From Callorhinchus milii (taxonomy: Eukaryota), in the NCBI RefSeq assembly GCF_018977255.1, contig NW_024704749.1, positions 14,260,001-14,324,000 on the forward strand: a DNA stretch of 64,000 bases, written 5' to 3'. Numbering within the stretch: the stretch's first letter is position 1; every line of letters starts with the position of its first letter. This document shows positions 50,235-62,230 of the stretch, one piece after another. Under the pieces are notes generated by a model. That model did not search any database. It was not told where the DNA came from and saw only the letters and a list, made by a program, of their open reading frames with translations. The position numbers and the translations under genes were made by a program.

Positions 50235-53200
50235 CGGGCGGGGGGAGGGGGAGAGGGGGGAGCGAAGGAGGGGACACTGAGAGCGTAACAAAATCACACA
50301 CACACACACACACACAGCTGAAGGCAGACTGGAAGAGCCACTCATTCCTTGCTGCTTCTGGGAGAATCTCTCCGGTCGAATAATAATCACACACACACAC
50401 ACACACACACAAAATATTCTGCTAATCTGCTTTTTGTCTGAAAGCTGGAGTGAAAGAGGGAAAAAAAAACCTAACAAAACAGACACAAACGACACATTGA
50501 ATGAAACGAACAAGCCTCCCTCCCCTCCCCTCGACCCCCGAAAAAGAAAATAGCATGTTTCTCACAGTTTCATACTTGCTCGAGTGGCCTTTCCTGGCTG
50601 CACTATCTATATTTGAAGGAGGATAAAAGAGAGTGAGAGAGAGAAAGAAAGAGAGAGAGAGAGAGAGTAAGAAATAGATTCAAAGTCGGTCGAAAAAAAT
50701 ATATAACCCCCCCAAGGTCCAAATTACAGCAGAACGTGTTTAGAGACAGGGAAAACAAACAGTTCAGATATCACAGTAAAGATGATTGTCCAGAGGATTA
50801 AGAATAATAAATATATTAAAATATTGCAAAATTCCGAAAGGAAACAGCTGTGTTACCATAGCTGCTGCTGCTATTGCCAGACGACCAATACAAGGACAGG
50901 TCAACACCAAACCCAATGTCAGTCTATCTGCCTTAAGCAAAACCTTTATAACCTCGTTTTAAAGCCCTTTGATTTCATCTCCGGATTTTCTTCGAAAAAC
51001 AATGCAGCCAAAAGTATTTTGCCGCGGGTTTAACCAAGTCCTGTTTGGAGGGACATCCCGACAGCTTCTTGTCCTTCTCCGTGTCCATCTTTCACGGCCG
51101 ACCAGCCTGTCAAGCGTTTTTTTTTGGTTGGGTCAGCGGGTTTCCAACAGCAAAGTCGGTCTCTCGGTGAAGGTGTGTGGAACTCCACAAGTGAACCGTA
51201 TTTAGATGTTTTGCTGAAGGGATAAAACCTGAACCTGGGATGGGAGGTTAACGTACGAAGCCAATGAAACGGAAATGTTACGTCTTATTATTAAATGTGA
51301 ACAAGCCTCAGACGCTGGGGATAGTAAGAGTATAATGCAGAGGGGAAGCTAACGATGCGAGGATGGGCACATCGTCACAAGGAGACCGACTGTCAGGGCA
51401 GAGAGCGTCCTTTACATGTTTATACTGCCACGTCTATTGTCAACGAAGCCATGGACTTGATGCGGAGACCGTGCTGATGGTTTATGAGAGGTGGGAGGGT
51501 GGGTGGCAATGACACCACATGGTGTAAGATGCCTGCGGCCGATAACTGAGATCGATAGTTGCCAATTCTGTCCCGAAGCCCTACTTCGGAGAGCCCAAAG
51601 CATCGGCCATTATTCCCACGTCAACCGTTTGCTCCGTGTGACCTCAGCGTGAATAGCGAGCCGAAGAGGGCTTGTAATATCGGCGGGGATCACCGAAGCA
51701 ACGGTCTCCACTTCCACAGCAAAGTGTTTGTTTCCGTGACCGGCTCCCGCCCAATTTAGATCAACATTCCAGACTTTGGAAATAACATCAAACAACAAAA
51801 AAAAAACGCTGAGGCAGTCAGGGTCGGTTTATCCGAACGATGGACAGGAAGGCTGCAGCGGCAAATTACTTTTGGCTGGTGGTCGAGGTGTGTGAAAAGA
51901 TGGGAAAAGTATACGTCAAAAAACATGCCAATTTCAAAGGGATTTTAAAATGGGTTCCAGCTACCTCCCTTCTCCATTTTTGCCTGGTTATAACTGTCGG
52001 TTCTTATAGGTTTTACCTGTGTTATTTTTAAATAAATAATAAGAAAAAAAAGAAAGAAAATTCATGCTGCAAACTCACGACGGACGAGGTTGTGCAAACC
52101 GCATGGACCGATATAAAACTACCACACCTTAGGTTTAGTAGAAGACGGAAAAGAAACTCAAAATGAAAAAAAAAAGACATAGTTTTCCATAGGATTTTGG
52201 TGTACAGTCATGTCGTATTTGCCTGGTCAGTTTTTGTGCATAGTGTTAGCTCCAGAAAAAAAAGAGAGGAAAAAAAAGAAGTGACATTTTGACATTTAAT
52301 TGTTTAAGTGTTTTAAAGTGTTTATTTGTACTTTTGTTATAAACTTTACTTAATTGTATTTAATCAGTATTTTATCCTGCTCAGTAACTGCATTTGGAAC
52401 AACTGTATGGCCATTTACAAAAAAAAAGTCTACATTTATGTTTTTTTTTGGACAAAAAAAGCTGCTAAGATCAGACAGGTATTTTCTATCGTTTGGTATT
52501 ATTTTTTGGTCATTTTTTTTAATTTTGTCCCATTCGATTTCAGTCTTTCCATATATATATATATCTATATTTTTAGTTTGTCTCATTTCCCAGAGCTTTG
52601 CACTTGTAATATGGAACCATTTAAAAAAAGAGTAATTAGTTTAGCTGTGATTGCAACCGTTAAAAGTAAGAAAAGGGATAACAATTTAGACACAACGTGA
52701 AAGCAATTTACATTAAAAAAATAATAATTTGGCCGCTCAATCCACGACTGCTTGTGGGACACTCTGTGCGCAATTGGCTGCCGCATTTCACCCACAAAAT
52801 ACAGTCAGTTCACTTTACAGTATATCTTGTAAAGCGCTTTGAGATGTCTCAATGATGTGATAAGGCGCTGTATCAAATGCGAGGATTATTATTATTCGAG
52901 CAAAAAGTTACGTTTAACTTTCACACAACAGAAGCCATCAACTTTATATTCTGATTTAACGATCGTTGGGCAAACCTCTTGGCTTTTTTGCTAATTAATC
53001 ACATTTTTTGATGTTGTTTTATGTAACCTACAAGTCATATTAACTTGATAGTTAACCTATACGTGTTTTTTTTTTCTTTTTTTTTGTTTGTTATTTAAAC
53101 GGCATACAGAAATATTGCTGCTTCGGATTTTAAACGATTAAAAAAAAGTTTCGCTAAGAGAGAGGGAAATGCAATCAGTCGAAAATGCCAAATACTGATC

Positions 53201-55380
53201 ATTTATCGAGTCACAAAGGGGGCGAAGGAGGGGAGAGAAAGAGGATGAGTTTAATTGTTGGTAAAGATTGCAGTCTTTCTCTCAAGTAAAGCGACCACAA
53301 CTGTATATTTAAAAGCATTCTGCCTCGCAATAAACAAAGATGAATGGACATTATACCAATTTTAGGGATTTCCCCCTAATATCTGCATTATGCCATAGTT
53401 GTTTTTTTTTAAAAAAAAGGCACACAGAAGTGCTTTCTTTTTTTTGGGGGGCGATCTCTAAATCGAGCATTTTACCTGTCTACATAGTACAAGTCAAGCT
53501 GTGATTTCTTTCAAAAGGAAATGTTTTCATATGGTTCATTAATGGCCATTTTGAAAAAAAAATAACAAAAAAAAAATACCCTGGTATTTATTAGTCCATT
53601 CTAGTTATCTGTTGGGCACCTTATCGAAAAAAAAATTCATGATACAAATAATCAAATGAAGTGCTGAAAAAAAATTATAATGTAACGGTCTACTGTATAT
53701 CATATTTTTTGCTGTACCTCAAGCCTGTAAACTAGCTGCTTTTAGTCTATAGTCTAATTTAAGTCTCCTAGCAATATATACAGATTGTAAATAGTAGAAT
53801 TATTTATTAAGAATGTCATTTTTTTAATTTATATTTACACTTTTATCATCTAAATTATTTTTTACAACTTTACAATTCCGTTGCTGCAGTCAGTTTTTAT
53901 TACCCGATGGTATGATACGATTACGAAACGCTTGCAATGTAAAAAAAAAACCCCCACACATTCTCCTCATGTGGATGCCTCATTTTTTTTTCTCGAAGTA
54001 CAGAACATCGAACCCGCATACTGAACCTAATGCATCCCCGGTGATAAATATACGTATAATTTGCCATTGTTGTGCGTTTCACGGCTTTTTGTTAAAACTT
54101 CCACGTCCTGTCAGTGAACCCGGATTAATTAGCCATTGGGGCAGTAGCAACGTCCGGAGAAAAGTGATTCAGAAAACTTGAAGGGGTGAGTGATAAGAGC
54201 AATAAAGGTATTTCAGTTCGCCCGAACAAGGTTTCAACTGTTTGAGGACTTTTCTGGTTAGTTCTCCCCAACACGTTGCATAAATGGCAGTTTATTTGAG
54301 ACGTGTTGAAGACCAGATAAGGCCCCATATCAATTGCAAGGGTTGTTATACTATAATTATTATTATCATTATGAGTCTGCTTTTCCAGCCTTAAGTAAGA
54401 CACGGCTTCTGAACGGCACGTGATTAAACCGTCAATAATCGACTGGCGACTCTGCCAGCTTCTTGGTCTGTGGCATCCGAAACTAAATCGAGTTGTCCGG
54501 GACCGACTTTTACAGTCTCCGGCCGTTACCGATTCTAAATCCCAGGGTTCAAACCAAAACAGCTTCCAAAGTGACGCTTGTCTTCCAGCCAATTGTCATG
54601 AGAATAAAAAGCCAAGTGCTATAGGTCAGAAGGAGAGAGTGAGAGAGAGTTCTTCGAGCATATCACACGTCCCATTACGTCTGCGTGCAGGTGCCATGAG
54701 CTGTAATGAGCATCTTGTGGTTGTGTCCAATTTCCTTGACATATTCTCGGTTCCCTCGCACAGCAACGCGCAGTAATGGCAAATTATAACCTTTTTTCGT
54801 GTTCCGCAATGAGTATTTTGGGGAAAAAAACAAAACAAAATCAACCTGTTATTTTACCCTTTTCTTCCATTCATTCGATCTGTTGTACTCAAGTCACTGT
54901 CCCTGACGGAAACCCCCTCCCACCCCAACAAAAAGAGAAATAGCTGCTGCTTTAAATCCTGCATCAACCGAGGTGGCATGTTGTCAGGGTAAAGTGAGAA
55001 GCATTGAAAACCCGTGGAGCTGCTTCAGGTACAATGGGTGGTTAGAACAAGTGTTAACTGTTTTACGATGGATCAAAGTTGACCCGCATTCAAACTATAC
55101 TTTAATAATACCGTTATTGTGTTCAGAAAGCACTGGTGAAAAAAATAAGTGGAACCCACTTCACGAACTCATCCTCATGATGCACTGTGTGTTGGGCACT
55201 GACCACACTCTCTTGTTTTTACAGCTGCGTATATTATGTTGGTGCTCTGACTTCACACAACAAACATCTGTCTGGTGTACTGTATATTTGTTTCTCTGGA
55301 AATAATTATTTCTTATGGATAAATAATGTCTCCTCCCTGTTATGTATTGGTTAGAAATAAACACTGGCTAAATGAAGGAA
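50235..55380 (+). other. PAPPA: Probable long PAPPA 3'UTR (~5.1 kb)
   Basis: Follows the stop codon. It is markedly repeat-poor compared with the introns (one SINE), has AU-rich blocks at 52250-52700 and 53680-53900, and ends at a well-formed polyA signal. Mammalian PAPPA also has a multi-kb 3'UTR. Confidence 0.65.
52715..52896 (+). mobile_element. SINE 3' half inside the putative PAPPA 3'UTR
   Basis: CAATCCACGACTGCTTGTGGGAC...GATAAGGCGCTGTATCAAATGCGAGGATTATTATTATT. Confidence 0.87.
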
Positions 55381-55410
55381 AGTCAAGGTGTGGTTGCTTT
55401 TTATTTTTCC
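55356..55410 (+). terminator. Candidate PAPPA polyadenylation signal
   Basis: AATAAA at 55356-55361, upstream TGTA at 55343, downstream GT/T-rich element GGTGTGGTTGCTTTTTATTTTT at ~55387-55408. Confidence 0.6.
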
Positions 55411-55649
55411 TTTCTCATCCCCCTTTGTTTTGCGCGACAGAAATAAAATCTGAAGTGTTTCGTGACGCGAGATTGTCTCCTGCCCAGGCGCGCCTGTTCG
55501 TAAAACTGATCCCGTCCGTCCATCACAGCAGATTGTTGTTGAAGGAAGCTCTCAGCCTCACAGAGGACACTTTGGCGACAAAACATTGCTCAGTTTCATC
55601 TCAATCGGTTTCAATCCATCAGACGTTCGTTATTCTTATCCAAGGCTCG

Positions 55650-56200
55650 CAATAATAATCCTTGCATTCTCTGATAGCATCGAACTGTCTCCGCCTGCTT
55701 TGAAGCTAATGATTATAACCGATAAAGCGCCCGAACCTGACTTCTCAAAGCGCTAGTTTGGCGGCAAATGCGGCAGTCAATTTCCACACATCAGTGCCCC
55801 GCAGCTGACACGTTTCACTGTGGGGGCTGTTGGCCAGGACACTAAGGAGAAATTCTCTTTTCCAATAGCATTATAGGACTGGGCTGCATCCTGCGGGCGA
55901 CATTAAACCGAGGTCCCGACTTGTCTGTTCAGGTGGACCTTCCAACAACAACAACAGCAAAATTACCTTTGTATAGCGCCTTTCACGTCGGGAGATCATC
56001 CCAAAGGGGCTGCAGACCACGTTGAGGCTATTTGAAAGGAGAAGGGAATTTCTCTCCAGTGTCCTGGCCAACAATTCTCCGAGATAAAACAGGTCATTCA
56101 CTTCACAGCTGTTCTGGGGACATTGGCAGTGCACAAATTGGCTGCGGTCCTTGCCAATACACAAGGCAAAAATAAGCAATTACTACATTTTGCAGTGAGT
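55650..56200. mobile_element. Cluster of SINE/L2-tail fragments in both orientations between the PAPPA and ASTN2 3' ends
   Basis: Minus-strand tail at 55650, Deu fragments, (CAA)n L2-type tail at 55943-56010, and a plus-strand Deu piece at 56020-56200. Confidence 0.7.
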
Positions 56201-56819
56201 GTTACGAGGGACTGTGGGAGATCCCTCGCTGTGCAAAAGGTGGCAAGGTTCTCGTTTCAAAGATGGGCCGAATGGCCTCCTTCGGTGCTGTACGATTCTA
56301 CGATAGGTACCGAGAGCAAAGGAACGTTCCCATCATTTTCGCGAGTCGAACACGACCATTCCCCGGCCACAGAATGTGCACTTCAATCCATGCTTGACAA
56401 CAGGAAATCATTTAAAGAGAGGATCTCATTCCAGACAGGTCACGTTAACTTTTTGTGTTTCTAGAGCTGTTATATGTTAGCGCACAATGACACGTTTTAT
56501 TCCTATAAGTCAGTAGCACAAATTGTTCTTAAGTGCATCATGTGGTTTTGGCCATCATCTCAGGCACACACCATTGCTTCAAAGTTAGCTCGACTCGCGC
56601 AGTTATTCTCGATCCAAATATTTAATCTGGTTAGATTTTTTTGGCTGGCTTTTCTTTCGGCTTCTGCTCACACACCTTGATATTGCGAACCCTTGGAGCT
56701 GAGCTCGACCGTTCAGCCTCTGAAGGACACTGTCTCTGCGCTGGTCACTAATCTACTGGGAAATAGGGGTACTCGCTCTTCAAATCATATCAAGCATTTC
56801 CGAAAGGGTACGAGCAAAG

Positions 56820-56975
56820 CACGTCTTTATGACGTCTCAAAGCGCTTCACAAGAATATACTGTCAATTGCATGGACTGTGTGTATTTTGTGGGCGAAATG
56901 CGGCAGACAAATGCGCACAGCAGGGACCCACAAACAGTTGTGGATTGAAGTGAGCAAATTATTATTGGTATTATT
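56820..56975 (-). mobile_element. SINE fragment
   Basis: GACGTCTCAAAGCGCTTCACAAGAATATACTG...CCCACAAACAGTTGTGGATTGAAGTG. Confidence 0.85.
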
Positions 56976-56988
56976 TTTGTTCTGCACG

Positions 56989-56990
<2 letters not shown>

Positions 56991-57023
<33 letters not shown>
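56991..57023. repeat. (CA)n microsatellite
   Basis: Direct reading. Confidence 0.95.
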
Positions 57024-57024
<1 letters not shown>

Positions 57025-57999
57025 CCCGATAGAAACCCACTGTTCAAAAAAAAAAAGAAAATCGAAAAGCATATTAAAAGCAATTTATTGGGCTTTGCTT
57101 CACTTTTTTTTGTTATTAAAAAAAAGAACCACTTTCATGTTTCACAGAAACAGCTTGTACTTTCCATGAAATTAGTCTGTAAATCTTGTTTTTAGCTCAA
57201 AGGGGACGTTTGCAGCACCTACCTTTCAAGTCGTTTTCCACTGGGAGCCCCCCCGACTATCATCTGCTAAATTCAAACCATTCGTGTTTTTGGGCAAGGG
57301 CCAAGGTGGGTGGTTATGTAACATCCCATTAAACAAACGTTTATAACACTCAAATTAAAATTAGATGGGAGTTAAGAGATCCTGGATGTTGAAAGATGAC
57401 TCTCTCTGCCTTAACTGTCGAACGCAAACCCTGTTCTTCGGGAAGCTCACGGGAGGGGCTCGACAGTTACCTCTTGAGGGAGGGGTCGAAAACTAAGGCA
57501 TCTTTTGTGCTCCCCGTGAACCCGCAAAGCAAATGTTCTCACTGGTAGTTCACTGTATCAAATGCCAGGATTATTATGATTATCATACCCACACGGCCCA
57601 TCAGTCACACTCCACTGCAATAGGTTTTTATTCAATCATCACGTCTCTCGATTATGTTGATGAACCTTTTTTTAAACACAATCTTCTTATTATCCCAACT
57701 TTAAAAAAAACACATGGAATATCACATACTAAAGCATCAATTCCGATCCTTTCTGAAACGTTCTTGATCCAGGTTACAGGCTTATTAGTCCAAGGCTTTT
57801 CTCCTGGATGTACGCGTTTTATTAAGGGGAAAAAAATACTCATTAGATTCTGTTCCAAAACCAGGATTGTTTATTTAATGGATGAATTAATGGCTTCTAT
57901 GGTGAAGTTGGCAACACTGAGGAAAAGATCAAAAAATCCCTTCGAGGTTGCTTAATGCACTTTGCAGACTATTAATGGAAGGCGTGTTTAAATATACAT

Positions 58000-58005
58000 T
58001 TTATT
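58000..58005 (-). terminator. Candidate ASTN2 polyA signal
   Basis: TTTATT on + = AATAAA on -, with an ATTAAA variant just upstream on the minus strand. Confidence 0.5.
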
Positions 58006-58755
58006 TCGTATTTAATGGTAAAAACAGAGAATAATACACAAGAACTATCTCGTAACTCAAACCCTTCTGTGTCCCCTGACCCCCAACCCCCCACCCATTT
58101 GTTAGTGAATTGTTAAAAGGCAACCATACCAAAAACACTACCCAGTAGGTTAAAGCTTTGAATTAAATTGTCTGAAGCCAGCGATGGCTTGTTTCACAAC
58201 CTTTGCCAGAAAACAGAAGCTAATATTTGTTTTACGATATCCACAGTTTGTCGTCTTGTAATTCGACTTAAGTCACTTACGCTCTTAGACTGGTCGGGGT
58301 CAGAGGGGGAATACAGCCTTTTTTTTTGTCACTAACTCATTGGATTCACTGAACACTCACGTCCTCTCATCAGGCAACAGCGGACGTTAATGTGGCCTGC
58401 GTTTTGTTTCCAGTCAAGCTCCTAATTCATCCCTCCCGAAAGGTAGTAGGTTGCTGGAAAACGCTTTTAAGATTTACAAGCTGGGATTCGTTGAAATTTT
58501 GCTTTCCTTGAATAAATCGCTCAAGCGACGCTACACTGGTGAGGGACGCAACATGAATGCAAGTTGTTATTGTTGCTGTAAATCCAACACGATAAATCAA
58601 ATCAAAAACACTAAAAAATAAATCAATCAATCAATTACACATCGATCGCACATCAATCTTCCCAATTTCTGCACTAAACTGACCAATTCCCTTAAAATTC
58701 TGCCTTCGCCAACCAGCCCTGTGATCAAGTCAGCCACGCGACAAAGCCGTTTTGA

Positions 58756-58780
58756 GGGGGGGGGGGGGGGGGGGGGGGGG
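58756..58780. repeat. poly-G run (25 nt)
   Basis: Direct reading; the length may be affected by sequencing error. Confidence 0.9.
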
Positions 58781-59332
58781 CGCTTCTAAAGTTTATAAAA
58801 TGGGAAAAGTACTGCAACAGGCTGTGGTTGACCCCGCCATGTCTGACGGACGGTCGGTTGGTCGGTTGAGTAGTAGGTTTTTTTGTTTTTTCGGGGTGGT
58901 GGGGGTGTGGGGGTGGGTGGGGTAAGGTGTGGTGGGGGGGGTGGGTTTCACTCAATCACATGCTGCTTTAACGTTAAAGCATCCGCTACAGTTCAGCGTT
59001 TAGTTGGTCGTGGTGAACGCTCGGGTTCCAGTTCCCTTTCCCGTTGCTTCGATCACGGATGCGAGCACCAAAGCTCCAAAAAGCTTTTCGTTTCCCCGCT
59101 GGACGTGTGCAGTCCGGCCGGTTGTCACCTCGCAACCGGCGACACAAAGGTTCTAATATATATATTTATATGTAGCGAGAGAGAGATTTTTTTTTTGCTT
59201 TGCTCCATTTTTTTTCTCCTCCTCCTCCTCCTCTTCCTCTTCCGCTTCTTCCTCTTCCCCATATTGGACGTTTTCGGAAAAAAAAAATAATATAAAACGG
59301 ACGTTTGGGGTGTTCGTAGCCGGCGAGGTACC

Positions 59333-59570
59333 TCACCGGAGTTTGGTGTCTCCGTAGATATTGCGCGACACTGCCATTAGTTTTTCGTCGCAGGTCACCT
59401 TTGCGTCGTGCAAAGTGCTGTACCAGACCATCCCTGAGGGTCTGCTTCCTTCCATTCGACAGACGAAATAAGTCACCGAGTCTATGTGGCCCTGAATGTA
59501 CACGCTCTGAAGCAAGGCTGAGCAGCGGTGGCTCACATCGTCCAGGCGTTTTAGAATCAGGTGAGCTTTT
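59333..59570 (-). CDS. ASTN2: ASTN2 (astrotactin-2) terminal coding exon
   Basis: Minus strand: CTTCCTTCAG acceptor preceded by a long (CT)n tract; (R)KAHLILKRLDDVSHRCSALLQSVYIQGHIDSVTYFVCRMEGSRPSGMVWYSTLHDAKVTCDEKLMAVSRNIYGDTKLR*. Matches the human ASTN2 C-terminus RKAHLILRRLERVSSHCSSLLRSAYIQ...RPAGMVWYSILKDTKITCEEKMVSMARNTYGESKGR (recalled). PAPPA-ASTN2 synteny agrees. Confidence 0.94.
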
Positions 59571-59585
59571 CTGAAGGAAGCATAA

Positions 59586-59621
<36 letters not shown>

Positions 59622-59670
59622 TGAAAAGAGAGAGAAAGAAAGAGAAAGATAAAGAGAGAGAGAGAGAGGA
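59586..59670. repeat. (GA)n purine tract, forming the extended polypyrimidine tract of the ASTN2 last acceptor
   Basis: Direct reading; lies next to the minus-strand acceptor at 59571. Confidence 0.9.
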
Positions 59671-59745
59671 AATTAAATGGAAACAGCATATTTCTACTCT
59701 ATCCTTGGATCTCTCGTACTCAAAACAATCCCCCAGTTTAAAAGC

Positions 59746-59990
59746 TTAGGCAAGTTTCCTTACTCCGCAAGCCTCTGTTCTGCTAGCAGTCAGTAGGAGC
59801 CTGGTCGTTAGTCGATATATAAAATAAATCGGTCACTTCAATCTCCGGTTGTTTGTGGGGACGCTGCCGTGCCTTTCGCCCACAAAATCTACAGTCAATC
59901 CACTTTACAATATATCCTGTGAAGCGCTTTGAGACGTGCCGACGAAGCAATAAGGCGCCGTATCAAATGCAAGGATTATTATCATTATAG
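59746..59990 (+). mobile_element. Short tRNA-SINE, 5'-truncated, long variant, in the ASTN2 last intron
   Basis: GGCAAGTTTCCTTACTCCGCAAGCCTCTGTT...TAAGGCGCCGTATCAAATGCAAGGATTATTAT. Confidence 0.85.
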
Positions 59991-60312
59991 TTATTTTGTA
60001 AATCTGAGCCTTGGTTTTGGTGTCTCAGGGGCAGTGTCTGAAAGACGGCAGCTCCGCCAATGCAACACTCCCCCAGCACCGCACTGGAGAGTCAGCCTGG
60101 ACCTTAAGCTTCATCTCTGACCACGAGTGTGTTCCATGGAATAAGCTTTGCTGCCCGGTTAGAGAGAGTCAGACACGCAATTAGAAAGTTACCGGGTTGA
60201 AATAAATCCCCCCTGACAGATCTCAAGTACCTTTGGGGACAGAGAGTCTCTGATAAGACAGCAAATCTGGAGAAACAAGGGGTGGGGAGAAATGACATTT
60301 ACAAAGAAAACC

Positions 60313-60315
<3 letters not shown>

Positions 60316-60343
<28 letters not shown>

Positions 60344-60348
60344 TAGAC
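60316..60348. repeat. (GACA)n tetranucleotide repeat
   Basis: Direct reading. Confidence 0.92.
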
Positions 60349-60691
60349 AAGACACTCGCTGACAGAAAGGGTTCTATTAAAACAGCTGCCATGTGTGGGC
60401 CGGTGAGAAATGACATTTTTACATGAGGGATTGTTTTGTTTCCCTGCGTAACTGAAGCATTGTGTATAAATATGACAGAACTTAACCACGGGGGGAAAAC
60501 TCACGAATTCATTCCCGCACGCACGTCGCATTTTTTGAGGAGCTGAACTGCAAATGAAGTGCACTTGCCACAATACTGAGGCCTGACTGACGTCGTCGGC
60601 CCTCAGACACGGACACTCCAGGTTCAGTGCCTGGGTAGCCGTGAGTGGGAACGACGGCAATGCAGGAACCTGAGCATTTTTATGGGGTAGA

Positions 60692-61151
60692 AATAACAAT
60701 AATTATCCTCGCATTCGCCGTAGCACCATTGGGACGTCTCAAAGTGCTTTAAAGGACAAACCGGTAAGCGAATTGGCTGTGTATTTTGTGGGCGAAATGT
60801 AGCGGGCAGTTGAGCACAGCGACATCCCGACAAACAGCCAACGGGGTAAGTGAACCATTTTATCTGGGGGATTGTTAGCCAGGACATCGGTGGTGGAGGG
60901 GGGAGAGAGAGAGAGCGCGAGAGAGAGAGAAAAAGCCCCTTCTCTTTTCAAATAGCGCCACGGGATCTTTAGCGTCCACCTGAACGGGCAGCAGGCGCCT
61001 CGGTTTAACGTCTCGTCCGACAGACAATGCCACACACCAGCACCGCTGGTGCTGGAGCTTAGACTAAAGTGGTTGCAAGTCCCGAACGTGGGGCTTGAAC
61101 CCACAACCTTCTGACTCGGAAGCGAGGGTCCTACCACTGAGCCAGGCTGAC
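60692..61151 (-). mobile_element. Near full-length Deu-domain SINE (long family)
   Basis: Minus strand: A-box TGGCTCAGTGG, B-box GGTTCAAGCCC, Deu-type core GAGACGTTAAACCGAGGCGCC...CAGGTGGACGCTAAAGATCCCGTGGCGCTATTTGAA, L2-like tail. Confidence 0.85.
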
Positions 61152-62081
61152 GCAGTCCAAATTGACAAGGGACACAGTTACACTTTTTCAGCACAAACAC
61201 GGGGGGAGCTTTGCAGAACGGTGCGACCAATGGCACCAAGCAGCACGCTTCGAACCTGTTAGAACTCTCCAAAGGTGTCCTTTGGACGGCCTGTTAATTT
61301 TTCGACAGACAGACGTCTTCATACGAAGGAGCCAAACAGCTCGTCGACATTAAACAAGGCCCCCGGAATATAAACGGAGCAATAACCCATTCCTGTCATT
61401 TCTAGGAAAAGGTACGAGCAAAAGTCGTCACTCCACAGGCTGCAAAAAAGCAGAGCTTTCCACGGGAGCACATCGCCAACATAGAAAGTCGTTTATCATT
61501 CCGTTTTCTTGTTTAAACACACAGTCCACGTCAGGTTGCGAAGATAAGCCTCAAATTGAATAATAAGATGAACATGTGGTTCAATTTTCCCATTGTATTT
61601 CTTCCCTCTGCTCTCCCCACCAGACATTTCCCAGTCCTTTCCCCTTCTCCCCTGTTTTTCCTTATCTTTCTCTTTCAAACATCCTCCGTTCCAAGTCTAT
61701 TTTTGCTGCTGTCTCTCTCTCTCTCTCTCTCTACGTTCCCTGTTTTCCAGCTTCTCTCTGTCTCTCATTATTTGCTCTCATTCAATATGTGGGATTCAAT
61801 TGAATGACTCCAGCCAGATGTATCTTCCTCGAAATCCACACTCAATGAACACAAACATTGCTTAATGCCTTGGGCAAACAGGGCTTACTACGGTTTGAAA
61901 TTGGTCCACAATTAGACTCATTGAAGTGCAAGGCTTTGGAAATTAAGTGCTCAGAATAGTTATTCAATCAAATAGACACTTAGCATTTTTTTTGGCTGTT
62001 CTTAGAGAGGCGTTGGGATAGTGTGGTCAAAGCACTTTTGGGCAAACATTTCATCCTTTTATAGCAGTTGTTGGTTGTTTA

Positions 62082-62230
62082 AATAATCCTTGCGTTTGAC
62101 ACAAGTCATGAGGATGTCTCAAAGCACTTCACGGGAGTCACTGTGGTCCAGTGTCTGTGTGTTTTTTCGGTGGATGCGGCAGCCAATTTGCGCACAGTGA
62201 CATCCCCCACAAACAGCCGTGAAGTGAATA
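62082..62230 (-). mobile_element. SINE 3' half
   Basis: AATAATCCTTGCGTTTGA...CCCACAAACAGCCGTGAAGTGAAT. Confidence 0.78.

Larger units (their letters stand above)
57980..59332 (-). other. ASTN2: Probable ASTN2 3'UTR
   Basis: SINE-free stretch downstream of the TGA. On the minus strand it ends in ...CCATTAAATACGAAATAAAATGTATAT. Confidence 0.55.
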
